From positions 32,001 to 96,000 of the forward strand of contig CAVZVA010000011.1 of the NCBI GenBank assembly GCA_963778655.1: a DNA stretch of 64,000 bases, written 5' to 3'. Made by a program: the position numbers and the translations under genes. Within the stretch, counting starts at the first letter, position 1. Each line of letters starts with the position of its first letter. Below are positions 28,142-38,844 of the stretch, piece after piece. The DNA comes from an uncultured delta proteobacterium. Its GTDB lineage: Bacteria; Myxococcota_A; Polyangia; Polyangiales; JAFGIB01. The notes under the pieces were generated by a model. It was not told the origin of the DNA. It did not search any database and was given only the letters and a program-made list of their open reading frames with translations.

Positions 28142-29263
28142 ATGATGCAGCGTAGACATCCCTTGCCGCGATGGAGCCTGCTGGCCGGTGGCGTCGTCCT
28201 GTGCGTGCTCAACCTGCGCTGCGCCAGCCGCGACAACGCGAGCTCGTCCAGCCAAGACAACGCCTCCGGCCTCGGTCCCGGCCTCGGCACAGCCGGCGCC
28301 TCCGCTGCGGCCAGCACAGGCACGGGCCGGGCCGCTACGACCGCGGCGGGCAGCGGGGGTCGCTCGAGCGGCGGCGGGGCGACGGGCGCCGGCGGCTCTG
28401 CGGGCGGCACCGGCGGCGCGGCTGCCGGCGGCAGCGCGGGCACGGGCGGCTCCCCGAGCGCGGGTGGTACGGGGGTCAGCGCCGGGTCGAGCATGGACGC
28501 AGGAGCCGACTCGGGAGCTGCGGCGAGCCGGCCCGGATGGACGCTCGTCTTCAGCGACGAATTCGACGGGCCCAAGGGCACGGCGGTGGACGGGTCGAAG
28601 TGGAACCTGGTCAACAAGGGCGACGGCTTCGGCAACAACGAGCTCGAGTTCTATACCAATCGCAAGGACAACGCCGCGCTCGACGGCAACGGCTTCCTGG
28701 TGATCACCGCCAAGAAGGAGGCCTACATGGGCAGGGACTACACCTCCGCGCGCCTCGAGAGCAACGGCAAGCTCGAGCGAGCCTACGGCCGCGTCGAAGC
28801 CCGGATCAAAATTCCGCGCGGCCAAGGCATCTGGCCGGCCTTCTGGATGCTCGGCAACGACATCAGCAGCGTGAGCTGGCCGCAGTGCGGCGAGATCGAC
28901 ATCATGGAAAACATCGGAAAGGAGCCATCCACCATCCATGGCAGCCTCCACGGTCCCGGCTACTCCGGCGGCAACCCGCTGGGGGCGGCGTACGCGCTGC
29001 CCAGCGGAGAAAACTTCGCGGACGCGTTCCACGTGTTCGCGATCGAGTGGGAAACGAACGTCATCCGTTTCTATGTGGATGACAACCTCTACGAGACTCG
29101 CACGCCCGCAGACGTGCCCGCAAACGGGCACTGGGTCTACGATCACCCCTTCTTCCTCCTCTTGAACGTGGCCGTCGGCGGGCAGTGGCCCGGCTCGCCG
29201 GACGATACGACAACGTTCCCGCAGACGATGACGGTGGACTATGTCCGGGTCTATGGGCGCTAG
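28142..29263 (+). CDS. Glycoside hydrolase family 16 (beta-1,3-glucanase-like), secreted/lipoprotein
   Basis: WTLVFSDEFDG, YTSARL, GIWPAFWMLG, catalytic EIDIME, LLNVAVGG, VDYVRVY. Confidence 0.93.
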   Translation: MMQRRHPLPRWSLLAGGVVLCVLNLRCASRDNASSSSQDNASGLGPGLGTAGASAAASTGTGRAATTAAGSGGRSSGGGATGAGGSAGGTGGAAAGGSAGTGGSPSAGGTGVSAGSSMDAGADSGAAASRPGWTLVFSDEFDGPKGTAVDGSKWNLVNKGDGFGNNELEFYTNRKDNAALDGNGFLVITAKKEAYMGRDYTSARLESNGKLERAYGRVEARIKIPRGQGIWPAFWMLGNDISSVSWPQCGEIDIMENIGKEPSTIHGSLHGPGYSGGNPLGAAYALPSGENFADAFHVFAIEWETNVIRFYVDDNLYETRTPADVPANGHWVYDHPFFLLLNVAVGGQWPGSPDDTTTFPQTMTVDYVRVYGR

Positions 29264-29431
29264 AACACCGCACATATTGAAACGTGTGCGAAGTCGGGGT
29301 CATGGCGGGATGCAGGGTGCGGGCGGGAGCCCGAAGGCGTAGTCCATCCTACGTCGAGCCGGGGAGCGCGCGTGCCATGCGCCCGCGAGGGCCCCGAAAT
29401 CGTGCGTGTTTCAATCTGTTCGGCGCTCTAG
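29260..29431. mobile_element. MITE family A, copy 2
   Basis: Near-identical to 59678-59848; CTAG-ended TIRs; overlaps the TAG stop of the GH16 gene. Confidence 0.88.
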
Positions 29432-29768
29432 GTCGCCGGCTGCAATCGCAGGGTGCCTCGCTTCGACGGACGCACCGGCGATCATGACAACGGAACCCGG
29501 CTCGATCTTTGCGGATCCGGAGAAGCCTGAGGTTGCGGAGAAGGCCGCAGGCGTCTCGAGTTTCGCGAAGTCTACGACGCATTTTTCGGCCGCGACTTTC
29601 GTCGGTGCCGACCTCTCGGGCGGCGTGCTCGAGACTCTCCGCCCAAGGGGTTGCTGACGCCGCCGGAAGTGGCACTTGAGCCAGAACTGGCAGTGCCACT
29701 CGCTGCGAACTTGCAACGCGACAAGCGAGCTTCTTCGCGGCTACGAGCCCACAGCTCATACCTTCCCG

Positions 29769-29784
29769 TGGCACGGCGATTGCT
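29769..29784 (+). promoter_or_regulatory. Sigma-54 (-24/-12) promoter
   Basis: TGGCAC-GGCGA-TTGCT matches the consensus TGGCAC-N5-TTGCW exactly, 44 nt upstream of the GTG at 29828. Confidence 0.7.
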
Positions 29785-29827
29785 TTCGTGTGCGTCGCAA
29801 AGAGCAACGCACACGAGGGAGGCCCGA

Positions 29828-31570
29828 GTGAACGCGCAGTGCCCCTTGAACGTCATCAGAGCGTTACGAGCTCAGGTTAGCACGACCGTCCTGCGAATCG
29901 CCTTGCTCGCAACGTGCGCGCTGTCCACACAGCTCGTCGCGCAGACGGCCTACGCCGACTGTGTACAAGGGCCGGACCCCGGGGGATCGGCCGCGATGAA
30001 GCCTGGAGGCAAAATTCTGCCTCATCCCGAGGTGGTGTTGATGTTCCTCGGCGACGACTGGAGCACCAACGACCCCAGTCCGCAGCTCCTGATCAGCCAG
30101 ATCCGTGACATGCTCAACGGCCCGTTGATAACCGAGTTGAATCAGTACGGCGTCATGACCGGGACGCTGTTTCCTGCGGTCGATATCATCGGAAATGCGG
30201 CTTCCGGCGTGCCGTTCCCAATCGACATCGATACCGGGAAGCAGTACATCACAGATGATGCGCTCGCGGGGTTCGTGGTCGGCGAAATTGGCGCGGGCCG
30301 CGTTCCGGCGCCCAGCCCGCTCGTCGACCGCATCTACTTCATCATGCTGCCGAACACGGTCAGCTCGCTGTATTCGACCAAGACTGATCTGAGCCAAGCC
30401 CGCGGCGCGCACGAGGCGGCCAGCTACAACGGGACACCGTTCTACTTCGCTTTCGCGCTCAACCGCTTCATCCCGCCCAACGAGCTTCTTGCAGCTGGTG
30501 GCAGCGGCGTCTTCTCTCACGAGTTCGTGGAAGCTGCTACGGACCCGGACACCAAGACGGGATGGCACCTACCGGCGACGCTCGATGGGCGTGAAGTGCA
30601 AGCCGAAATTGCTGATGTCTGCTGCAACAGCTACGTATCGCTGCACAACACGATCTACGCGCAGAACCTCTACTGGTCGCAGCAACAGGGCAAGTGCGTG
30701 ATGCCGTCGAGTTGGGACTCCATTTGGGGCTATACCGGCACGGGAACGACCTGGATCCCCGTCGCGGCCGCGCCTTCGCACCTGATTGTATCGGGGACTT
30801 ACGGGGTCGCGCTCGCCGACAACTACAATGACGTCTGGGTTGCGCCGGCGGGCCAGCCGTGGATCCGCACGACGAGCATCAGCCCGACGATGCTGGCCGT
30901 CACGGCAGAATCGGCCTACGCACTGAATTATAGGACAGCGAGAATCTATCGCTTTGATGGGGTGTCCGGATGGCTCGACATCGGACTACCGAGCACGACT
31001 GCACCGACCATGACGGGTATCTACGGCGGAGACTTCGGTCTCTTCGCGACCGATAGCTCCGGCAATGCCTACCAGTACGATCCAGCGCGTGGCACATGGA
31101 CACTCGTGCGATCCCAGATCAGCCAAATCGCCGTTTCCAAACGCGGCGTCTACATGCTTTCAGCGGATCATCTCACGCTGGCGTTCACCTCGACTCCGTA
31201 CAGCTACGGCGCGTTCTCGACGGTCGGAGCCAACGTTGGGGAAATGTTCGCCGCTCCCGGAGGAATTGCTGTCACTGATCTCTCGACGCGCTGGGTGATG
31301 TGGCGCAACGAGGTAGCCGGCACATGGACGTGGCAAGGTGCTGCCGAATACATGTTCGCCGCGACCGGCGACCCGGGCTCGCCGCAGTTGTTCGGGTTGC
31401 TCCCGGATCGGAGTGCTGTCATCGAGTCGGGAAGCTTGGCGCAGACCTTTCCGATATGGAACCTTGTGGGGCCCCGCGCCGGGCTGCTCATCGGAGGCGG
31501 CCAATTCCTCTATGCGCCCGCCAACATCATCTACAACAACGCCAATGGCGGAGATCTGGGGCCTTTCTGA
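29828..31570 (+). CDS. Secreted hypothetical protein: HE-motif domain (SHEFVEAATDP...GW...EIADVC) plus Trp/Gly-rich beta-propeller-like repeats
   Basis: GAGGGAGG RBS before GTG; signal peptide ending AYA; C-terminal repeats of the lectin/tectonin type (inferred). Confidence 0.7.
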   Translation: MNAQCPLNVIRALRAQVSTTVLRIALLATCALSTQLVAQTAYADCVQGPDPGGSAAMKPGGKILPHPEVVLMFLGDDWSTNDPSPQLLISQIRDMLNGPLITELNQYGVMTGTLFPAVDIIGNAASGVPFPIDIDTGKQYITDDALAGFVVGEIGAGRVPAPSPLVDRIYFIMLPNTVSSLYSTKTDLSQARGAHEAASYNGTPFYFAFALNRFIPPNELLAAGGSGVFSHEFVEAATDPDTKTGWHLPATLDGREVQAEIADVCCNSYVSLHNTIYAQNLYWSQQQGKCVMPSSWDSIWGYTGTGTTWIPVAAAPSHLIVSGTYGVALADNYNDVWVAPAGQPWIRTTSISPTMLAVTAESAYALNYRTARIYRFDGVSGWLDIGLPSTTAPTMTGIYGGDFGLFATDSSGNAYQYDPARGTWTLVRSQISQIAVSKRGVYMLSADHLTLAFTSTPYSYGAFSTVGANVGEMFAAPGGIAVTDLSTRWVMWRNEVAGTWTWQGAAEYMFAATGDPGSPQLFGLLPDRSAVIESGSLAQTFPIWNLVGPRAGLLIGGGQFLYAPANIIYNNANGGDLGPF

Positions 31571-31592
31571 AAGAGTTGCGCGCCGCGGCTCC

Positions 31593-31772
31593 CTAAATGC
31601 CCGATCACGATTCGGAAACGGCCATGCCGCTCGGTCATTTGGCGGTGCGGCGGATGCCGCAGAGGGTGAATGCGCGAGGCTTTGCTTCGCGCGCCGGGAG
31701 TCGGCGCGACTCCCTGACAATCAAAGGAGAAATCAGAGCTTGTGGTTAGATCCCGAATCACAAGCTCTGATT
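31593..31772 (+). repeat. Composite palindromic repeat family C, long copy 1
   Basis: Reverse-complement match to 57829-58017; modules are a 50-bp CTAAATG...CATTTGG hairpin, GGGAGTCG/CGACTCCC and AATCAGAGC...GCTCTGATT hairpins. Confidence 0.85.
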
Positions 31773-31785
31773 CTTCGCCGTCGAG

Positions 31786-32877
31786 CTATACGCGGCGCGC
31801 GCGCAGGTCGGCCTGCCCGGGCTCCCGGCTACATGCGAGGACGGCCTGTGCCTCGGCCACGATCGCCAGCGCAATCTCGGCTGGCGTCTCGGCACCGAGC
31901 TGCAAGCCCACTGGGGCATACACGCGAGCGAGGCTGGCCGATTCCGGCGACGCGCCCGGCGCGGCACACTCGGCGAGCATGCGTTCGGTCCTCTGCTGCG
32001 GCCCGAGCACGCCGATGTAGCCGACCGTCGTCCGAAGCAGCGCGTGCAGGACGTCGCGATCTTGGCCAAAGTGGTGACCCATCACGACAGCGAGCGGGCG
32101 GGCGCAGCGCTCGAGCTCGGCGATCGCATCTGCGATCGACCCATCCAGATAGCGGTCCGCTGCCCGTAGCCGCTCGCGCGCCGACACGCGTGGCTGACCG
32201 TCCCAAACGCTCACGCTCCAGCCGAGCTGCTTTGCGAGGGTGACGACCCACGTCGCGTCGTGTGCGCTGCCAAATACGAACAAGTGCGGCGGTGGCACGA
32301 TCAGCTCACACAGCGCCTCAATCCCGTGGCACGCCAGCACCTGGGTCCGCTCCCGCATCCGAAGCGCGCGCTCGGCTTGCTGCAACAGGTGGCTGCTCAG
32401 CACGGCATCGCCGATCGTGCTCGCGACCACGCCACGACGCACACAAAGCCGCGAGCCAAGCGGCACATCGCCCCGCTCGGAGCGAAACACGCTGACGATG
32501 GCCCCCGGCTCTTCGTCCCGCACGCACCCCGCGATGAATGCCACGGGATCGCACTCGTGCTGCCGCGCGCTTCGCTCGAGCAGGACCTCGATCACGCCCT
32601 GGCAGCCCGAGCCATGCGCATCCTCGAGGGCCTCGTCATGCCTCAGAAGCACGGCCTGCGCCTCTCGCGTGCGCCAGGCACCCTTGGTCAGCACCTCGCG
32701 CTCCACGCAACCGCCGCTGACCGACCCCATGACCCAGTCGCCGCCGGCGGCGAGCATGCGAGCGCCAGGCCGGCGGTAGCTCGAGCCTCGAACCCGCATC
32801 ACCGTAGCGATCAAGAAGGGCTCGCCGCGCGCGCGCAGCGCGTATGCCGCATCGACGAACGCTCTGAGCTCGCTCAT
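31786..32877 (-). CDS. xdhC: XdhC/CoxI family Mo-cofactor insertion accessory protein
   Basis: GSSYRRPGARM, GSVSGGCVE, YIGVLGP, APVGLQLGAETPAEIALAIVAE. Confidence 0.9.
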   Translation of the reverse strand: MSELRAFVDAAYALRARGEPFLIATVMRVRGSSYRRPGARMLAAGGDWVMGSVSGGCVEREVLTKGAWRTREAQAVLLRHDEALEDAHGSGCQGVIEVLLERSARQHECDPVAFIAGCVRDEEPGAIVSVFRSERGDVPLGSRLCVRRGVVASTIGDAVLSSHLLQQAERALRMRERTQVLACHGIEALCELIVPPPHLFVFGSAHDATWVVTLAKQLGWSVSVWDGQPRVSARERLRAADRYLDGSIADAIAELERCARPLAVVMGHHFGQDRDVLHALLRTTVGYIGVLGPQQRTERMLAECAAPGASPESASLARVYAPVGLQLGAETPAEIALAIVAEAQAVLACSREPGQADLRARRV

Positions 32878-32895
32878 GGCCGGGCTCCGCTCGAC

Positions 32896-35103
32896 TCAAG
32901 CCTTGGCGCGCAGCTTGTGCCGGGCGAAGGGTAAGCGGCGCACGCGCTGGCCGGTGAGCCGAAAGATCGCGTTCGCAACGGCAGGCGCAAGCGGAGGCAC
33001 GCCCGGCTCGCCGACGCCGGTCGGCCCTTCCTGACTCGGTACGAAGTGCACCTCGACCTGCGGCATCTCGTCGATGCGCAGCATGGGATAGTCGTCAAAG
33101 TTGCTCTGGACCACCTTTCCGCGCTCGATTGTGATTTCGCTGTACAGCGCGGCCGACAACGCGAAACCCACGCCGCCCTCCATCTGCGCGCGCACCACGT
33201 CCGGATTGATCACGGTACCGCAGTCCACCGCGACCACGACGCGATGCACACGCGGCTTACCGTCCGACGTGAGCGACACCTCGGCGACCTCGGCGACGCA
33301 CGACTGGAACGACTCGTGCACCGCGACGCCCCGCGCGCGCCCCGAAGCGATGGCGCTACCCCACCCCGCGCGCTCCGCCGCTAGCTTGAGCGCCGCTGTC
33401 GGACGCGGCTTGTCCTTGAGCAGCTGCAATCGATACTCGACCGGATCGCGGTTCGCAGCTACCGCGAGCTCATCCATCATCGTTTCCATCACGTACGCGG
33501 TGTGGGTATGGCCGACCGAGCGCCACCACAACGGGCGCACCGGCAACACCGGCGAGTGCAGCTCCACCGACATGTTCGGAATGGCATACGGCGTGGGCCA
33601 CACCCCTTCGGTCGAAGTGCGATCGACGCTGCCGCTCTTCGCCACAGAGCCCGCGGCCAAGATTGACTGGCCCACGATCGCGTGTTGCCAGCCGGCGATC
33701 GCGCCTTGCGCATCGATGCCGGCCTTGACCGCGTGCACGTACTGCGGCCGATACAGCCCGGCGCGCAGGTCGCTTTCGCGCGTGGCCTGCACGCGTACGG
33801 GCGCGCGCCCGCCGATCGCCTTGGCGACGTTCACCGCCTCGACCACGTAGTCTGCCCACGGATTTGCCCGTCGCCCGAAGCTGCCGCCCGAGATCAGCGA
33901 ATTGAGCTTGACCTTGTCCCGGGACAGACCGGCCGCCTTGGCCGCCAGCCGGTGATCGCCGGTCTGGCTTTGGTGGCCGGCCCAAGTCTCGAGCTGCCCA
34001 TCGCGCAGCCACACGACGCAGTTCATCGGTTCCATCGCGGCGTGCGCGAGAAACGGAAACTCGTAGACCGCTTCGATGCTCTTCGCCGCCTGAGCCAGCG
34101 CAGTCGCGGTGCCATCGCTATGGGTGACGGTCGCGCCGTTCTTCCGCGCAAGCGCGCGGTACTCGGTGAACAACGCCTCGCTCGAGAGCTTCGCCGATTC
34201 AGTTATGTCCCAGTCGGCGCGCAGCGCATCGCAGCCGCGCAGCGCCGCCCAGGTCGACGTGGCGACGACCGCGATCCCCTCCTGAGTCCGCACCACGTCG
34301 GTTACACCCGGCACCGCCTTGGCCGCAGTCGCGTCGAGCTTGCGCAGGCGCGCCCCGAACGCGGGTGGGCGAACGACGAAAGCATTCAACAGACCAGGAA
34401 GCCTCACGTCGCCCGTGTAGATCGCCGTACCCGTGGACTTCGCCTGCGAGTCCAACCGGTGCGTGCCCTCCTTGCCGATCAGCACGAACTTGGCGGGGTC
34501 CTTCAGCGTCACCTCCTTGGGCACCGGCAGCTTGGCGGCGGCCGCCGCCAAGTCACCGAAGCTCGCGCGCTTGCCGCTCTTGTGCGTGAGCGTGCTGTTC
34601 GCCACCGAGATCTCGCGCGCCGGTACGCGCCAGCGCCGCGCGGCCGCCTGGACCAACATCGCGCGCGCGCTCGCGCCCGCTCGCCGCATCTGTTCGTAGC
34701 CCGCGCGCATCGCGGTCGAGCCCCCGGTGCCTTGGACCGGACCAAAGGCCAGATTGTTGTACAAGGTGGGATCCGACGGCGCGTATTCGGCGCGCACGCG
34801 CGCCCAGTCGGCGTCGAGCTCCTCGGCCACCAGCGTGGCAATGCCCGTGGTCGTGCCTTGACCCATCTCGAGATGCTTCACAATCACGACGACCCAGTTG
34901 TCGGGCGTCACGTGCACGAATGCGTTCGGCGCGAACGCCGGCTCGGCCCCGCCCGCGGGTAGAGCCGCGACGCGTTTCGGCCCCGACCATTGAACCGCGA
35001 TGACCAAGCCGCTCGCAGCCGCGCCCTTCAAGAAGCCGCGTCGCCCGATGGCGGTAGCCTCGGCCGTCTTGACCCCGGGCTCGGACCGTTCCGAATCAGC
35101 CAT
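32896..35103 (-). CDS. iorB: IorB-like molybdopterin-binding subunit with a Tat signal
   Basis: RRGFLK twin-arginine motif, [39 protein letters not shown] at 35103. Confidence 0.88.
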   Translation of the reverse strand: MADSERSEPGVKTAEATAIGRRGFLKGAAASGLVIAVQWSGPKRVAALPAGGAEPAFAPNAFVHVTPDNWVVVIVKHLEMGQGTTTGIATLVAEELDADWARVRAEYAPSDPTLYNNLAFGPVQGTGGSTAMRAGYEQMRRAGASARAMLVQAAARRWRVPAREISVANSTLTHKSGKRASFGDLAAAAAKLPVPKEVTLKDPAKFVLIGKEGTHRLDSQAKSTGTAIYTGDVRLPGLLNAFVVRPPAFGARLRKLDATAAKAVPGVTDVVRTQEGIAVVATSTWAALRGCDALRADWDITESAKLSSEALFTEYRALARKNGATVTHSDGTATALAQAAKSIEAVYEFPFLAHAAMEPMNCVVWLRDGQLETWAGHQSQTGDHRLAAKAAGLSRDKVKLNSLISGGSFGRRANPWADYVVEAVNVAKAIGGRAPVRVQATRESDLRAGLYRPQYVHAVKAGIDAQGAIAGWQHAIVGQSILAAGSVAKSGSVDRTSTEGVWPTPYAIPNMSVELHSPVLPVRPLWWRSVGHTHTAYVMETMMDELAVAANRDPVEYRLQLLKDKPRPTAALKLAAERAGWGSAIASGRARGVAVHESFQSCVAEVAEVSLTSDGKPRVHRVVVAVDCGTVINPDVVRAQMEGGVGFALSAALYSEITIERGKVVQSNFDDYPMLRIDEMPQVEVHFVPSQEGPTGVGEPGVPPLAPAVANAIFRLTGQRVRRLPFARHKLRAKA

Positions 35104-35105
35104 GG

Positions 35106-35564
35106 TCAGCTTCCCAGCGTCTTGGACGCCTCGTGGATCGCGGCTCGAATGCGCTGGTAGGTCGCGCACCGACAGAGATTGCGCCGCATCGCATGATCGA
35201 TGTCCGCGTCCGACGGCCTGGGCACGCGCTGAAGCAGAGCGGCGGCGCTCATGATTTGGCCCGACTGACAGTAGCCGCACTGGACTACGTCGAGCTTGAC
35301 CCAGGCGTCCTGGACCGCCCGTCCGCTCTTCGAGCGCAACCCCTCGATCGTAGTCACGCGTTTGCCCACGACCGACTTGACCAAGGTGGTGCAAGACCGC
35401 CTCGGCTCGCCGTCGATGTGCACCGTGCATGCGCCGCACTCTGCAATGCCACAACCGTACTTCGTGCCGGTCAGCCGGAGCTGATCGCGAAGCACCCAGA
35501 GCAGGGGAGCATCAGGCTCTGCGTCGACCTCAGTGCGCTTGCCATTCACGTCGAGTGTGAGCAT
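35106..35564 (-). CDS. iorA: IorA-like (2Fe-2S) subunit
   Basis: [51 protein letters not shown]. Confidence 0.9.
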   Translation of the reverse strand: MLTLDVNGKRTEVDAEPDAPLLWVLRDQLRLTGTKYGCGIAECGACTVHIDGEPRRSCTTLVKSVVGKRVTTIEGLRSKSGRAVQDAWVKLDVVQCGYCQSGQIMSAAALLQRVPRPSDADIDHAMRRNLCRCATYQRIRAAIHEASKTLGS

Positions 35565-35711
35565 GAACACCCTCCTTGACCAGTCACGAGCGTACGCAGC
35601 GGATGCCGCAGATACGGTCAAGCAGTACTGAGGCACGCCGCGCCCGTCAAGGTCCGGCTCCTGGCATTCAACACCATCTCGGACACGATCCGAGATCAAA
35701 ACCCCTCGGAC

Positions 35712-37274
35712 CTAGACGAGCCTGCGTGCGTGTCCCGACCAGTAGCGGTCGCGCAGCTTGCGCTTGGCCATCTTCCCGGTCTCGGTGCGCGGGAGCGCCG
35801 GCACGAAATCGATGCTGACCGGGCATTTGTAGTGGGCGATGCCAGCGCGACAGTACGCGATCAGCTCCTGCTCGAGCTCCGGCCCCGGCTGCACGCCCTC
35901 GGCGGGGACGACCACTGCCTTGACCTCCTCGCCCATTTCTTGGTTGGGGACGCCGATCACCGCCACGTCGTCGACCTTGGGGTGCACCATAAGGTGGCTC
36001 TCTGTCTCTTGCGGGTAGATGTTGACCCCGCCGGAGATGATCATGCTCGACTGGCGGTCGGTGAGGTACAGGTAGCCTTCCGCGTCGAGATAACCGATGT
36101 CGCCGATGGTGAACAGGTTGCCGCGGTAGGTCCCGGCGGTCTTGTTCTCGTCCTTGTAATATGCGAATCGGCCCATGGGCGGTGCTTCGAAGTAGACCGC
36201 GCCTTCGCGATTCGGCTCCGTCAGCGCCTGGCCGTTCTCGTCGAGAATCCAGATCTTGCCTCCGCTCCAGTGCCGGCCAACCGAGCCTTTGTGCGTGAGC
36301 CACTCGGCCGCGCGGATCAGCGTTCCGCCGCCCTCAGTGCCGGCGTAGTACTCCACGATCGCGTCGCCCCACCACGCGATCATCGCCTCCTTCACCGGCA
36401 CGGGGCAGGGAGCAGCGGCGTGAACCGCCACGCGTAGGCTCGACAGATCGTAGCGGCGGCGCACGTCTTCCGGCAGCCGCAGCAGGCGATGGAAGTGGGT
36501 CGGCACCCACTGGGAGCTGGTGACATGTTGGTCCTGGATCACGCGCAGCACCAGCTCCGGATCGAAGCGCGGCAGCACCACCACACTGGCGCCGATGCGC
36601 GTGTGCGCGACGGTGAACTGCAGCGGCGCCGCGTGATAGAGCGGCGCCGGGCAGAGGTAGCGGTCGCCGGAGTGGATGCCGAACATCGCCAGGAAACCCT
36701 GGGCGAAGCCGCTCACCCGCGGATCTCCCGGCGGCACGTCCAGCAGTGGGCGCCGCACGCCCTTGGGCCGTCCGGTCGTGCCTGAGGAGTAGATCATCAG
36801 CGCGCCCTCGCGCTGGTTCTCGAGCGGCGCGTCCTGCGGAACGCCGGCAAGCGCGGCGGCGAGCGGTTCGAACCCCTCGGCCTCCCCGCGCGTGACCACC
36901 CGGAGCCGCAGCTTAGGGCAGCGAGGCGCCGTGTGCACCGCCAGCTCGACGAACACCTCCGAGACGAAGAGCGCGTCGGCGTCGGAGTTGTCGACGATGT
37001 ACTGCACCTCGTCCGGCTGCAGGTGCCAGTTCACGGGCGTGAAGTAGAGCCCGACCCGCTGGCAAGCCCAGTACAGGTCGTGGAAAGCCGGGTCGCAGTT
37101 GTCGAGCAGAGCGGCCACGCAGCCCCCCTGCGCGATGCCGCGTGCGCGCAGCAGGTGAGCGATGCGGCGCGAGCGCAGCTCGAGCTCGCCGAAGGTCTCG
37201 CTCGAGTCGCCGTTGCCGTTGATGATCGCAATCCGCTGCGGGTCCTCTTGCGCGTGTGCCGCGACCGTGCTCAT
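35712..37274 (-). CDS. Acyl-CoA synthetase (AMP-binding family)
   Basis: YSSGTTGRPKG, PLYHAAP, EYYAGTE, GDIG, DRQSSMIISGGVNIYP, LPRTETGK. Confidence 0.94.
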   Translation of the reverse strand: MSTVAAHAQEDPQRIAIINGNGDSSETFGELELRSRRIAHLLRARGIAQGGCVAALLDNCDPAFHDLYWACQRVGLYFTPVNWHLQPDEVQYIVDNSDADALFVSEVFVELAVHTAPRCPKLRLRVVTRGEAEGFEPLAAALAGVPQDAPLENQREGALMIYSSGTTGRPKGVRRPLLDVPPGDPRVSGFAQGFLAMFGIHSGDRYLCPAPLYHAAPLQFTVAHTRIGASVVVLPRFDPELVLRVIQDQHVTSSQWVPTHFHRLLRLPEDVRRRYDLSSLRVAVHAAAPCPVPVKEAMIAWWGDAIVEYYAGTEGGGTLIRAAEWLTHKGSVGRHWSGGKIWILDENGQALTEPNREGAVYFEAPPMGRFAYYKDENKTAGTYRGNLFTIGDIGYLDAEGYLYLTDRQSSMIISGGVNIYPQETESHLMVHPKVDDVAVIGVPNQEMGEEVKAVVVPAEGVQPGPELEQELIAYCRAGIAHYKCPVSIDFVPALPRTETGKMAKRKLRDRYWSGHARRLV

Positions 37275-37502
37275 GCGTTGCTCCCCGGCGGCTCGAAGCA
37301 TATGCCAATTGCTCCCGAGCGGCTCCCCGCCACTGGCGCTCGCGCCACCGGTCTCGCGTCTCCTTCACGAACGTACCGAGCTCGACCTCCCGAGCAGGCC
37401 GTCGCAGACCGGCGGCCCGGCCTTGTTTGCAGCTGCGCAGCTGGCGCGATATCTTGAGCAGCGATGCGGCTGCACGATGTACCGGGTGACGTTTTGCCCT
37501 GC

Positions 37503-38177
37503 ATGCGCGGCGCAACACACTCCACCGCATCCTACCGCGCGCAGTACCGCGCGCGCCACATCCCCGCCTGGTATCGCGGCGAGCTGCACGTCGCATGGAC
37601 GGCCGCGTGCGTGCTGGGGCCAGCAGCCTATTGCCTGCGCCAGCTGCGAGGCCCGAGCGCGCTCGAGCTCGCTTGCGTACCCGCCATGTTCGTCCTCGGC
37701 AGCCTGGTCGTCTGGGCGCTGCACAAGCACGTGCTGCACCGTCCGGTTCCTGGGCTGCGCCGTGTCTACGTGATTCATACGCTGCAGCATCACCGGTTCT
37801 ATACCTACGAGCACGGAGAGCCCGACAGCACGCGGGACTACTACATCACGCTGTTCCCTCTGGCGTTCGGGCCGTGCCTCGCGCTGAGCGCCTACTTGCT
37901 CGGGCGCTTCGTCGTGAGCGCGATCAGCCCCAACCTGGGGCTGCTGTTCACGATCATGGCGGTTGTCTACTACGGTCTGTATGAGCTGGTGCACCTGGCC
38001 AGTCACCTGCCGGCGCATGCTCGCGTATTGCGGCTGCCATTGCTGCGCCACCTGCGCGAGCACCATCGGCTCCACCACGACCCGCGCCTGATGAGGAAGC
38101 ACAACTTCAACATCGTGCTGCCCTTGTTCGATTGGCTGTTCGGCACAAGGGCACGCGAGCGGCCGGCTCGCGGTTAG
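37503..38177 (+). CDS. Sterol desaturase / fatty acid hydroxylase family membrane protein
   Basis: Histidine boxes HKHVLH, HTLQHH, HLASH, HHRLHH and terminal FDWLFGT. Confidence 0.85.
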   Translation: MRGATHSTASYRAQYRARHIPAWYRGELHVAWTAACVLGPAAYCLRQLRGPSALELACVPAMFVLGSLVVWALHKHVLHRPVPGLRRVYVIHTLQHHRFYTYEHGEPDSTRDYYITLFPLAFGPCLALSAYLLGRFVVSAISPNLGLLFTIMAVVYYGLYELVHLASHLPAHARVLRLPLLRHLREHHRLHHDPRLMRKHNFNIVLPLFDWLFGTRARERPARG

Positions 38178-38295
38178 GACCCGAGCACAGATGCTCTCCG
38201 CAGGGGCCTCGGGAGGCTCCAAAGGGGTGGATTTGGCCAAGGCTGCCCGCGGCGGTGGACGCGTGCATTTTTCGAGCTAATACTGCTTCCGCCGT

Positions 38296-38787
38296 ATGCA
38301 GGCCGCCTTCGTCATTCCATCGCTCGCAGGTGCCGCCGCGGTGTTGGTCTGGCGGGTGCGCGAGACCAGGCGGCCGGTCACTGCGAGCAAGATCATCATC
38401 CCGCCGCTTGGCATGAGCACGGGCTTCTCCATGTTCGCCTACCCGCCGGCGCGCATTCCGCTCAGCTGGGGGGTGCTAGCCTTCGCGCTGGGCGCGCTGC
38501 TGCTGTCCTATCCGCTGATCAAGAGCTCGCGGCTCTACCACGACGGCGAGCGGGTGATGCTGCAGCGCTCCCGCGCGTTCCTGGCCATTCTGCTCGTACT
38601 GGTCGCCGTGCGCTTCGCGGCGCGCGCCTACATCGAGAGCCTGGTCACGCCGATGCAGACGGGCGGCATCTTCTTCGTGCTCGCCTTCGGGATGATCCTG
38701 CCGTGGCGACTGCTGATGTACCTGCAGTATCGTCGGCTGCTGTCGGCGCGGGCATCTGCTCCGAGCAGCGCGGCCCCCGAGCTCTGA
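38296..38787 (+). CDS. ccdC: CcdC/DUF1453 family membrane protein
   Basis: KIIIPPLGMSTGF, LSYPLI, RSRAF, FFVLAFGMILPWR. Confidence 0.8.
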   Translation: MQAAFVIPSLAGAAAVLVWRVRETRRPVTASKIIIPPLGMSTGFSMFAYPPARIPLSWGVLAFALGALLLSYPLIKSSRLYHDGERVMLQRSRAFLAILLVLVAVRFAARAYIESLVTPMQTGGIFFVLAFGMILPWRLLMYLQYRRLLSARASAPSSAAPEL

Positions 38788-38844
38788 GCTGGAGGCGTTC
38801 GTCGGCGGCGGGTAGCGTCGTCTGCGACCTCCCCCAATCGAGGG

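Noticed and set aside
29552..29600. RLEFREVYDAFF, resembling an ECF sigma factor N-terminus
   Set aside because: Too short, and the similarity does not continue
35676..35696. Hairpin ATCTCGGA-N5-TCCGAGAT as a terminator
   Set aside because: No clear U-tract after the stem on the transcribed strand; could be an operator, but unsupported
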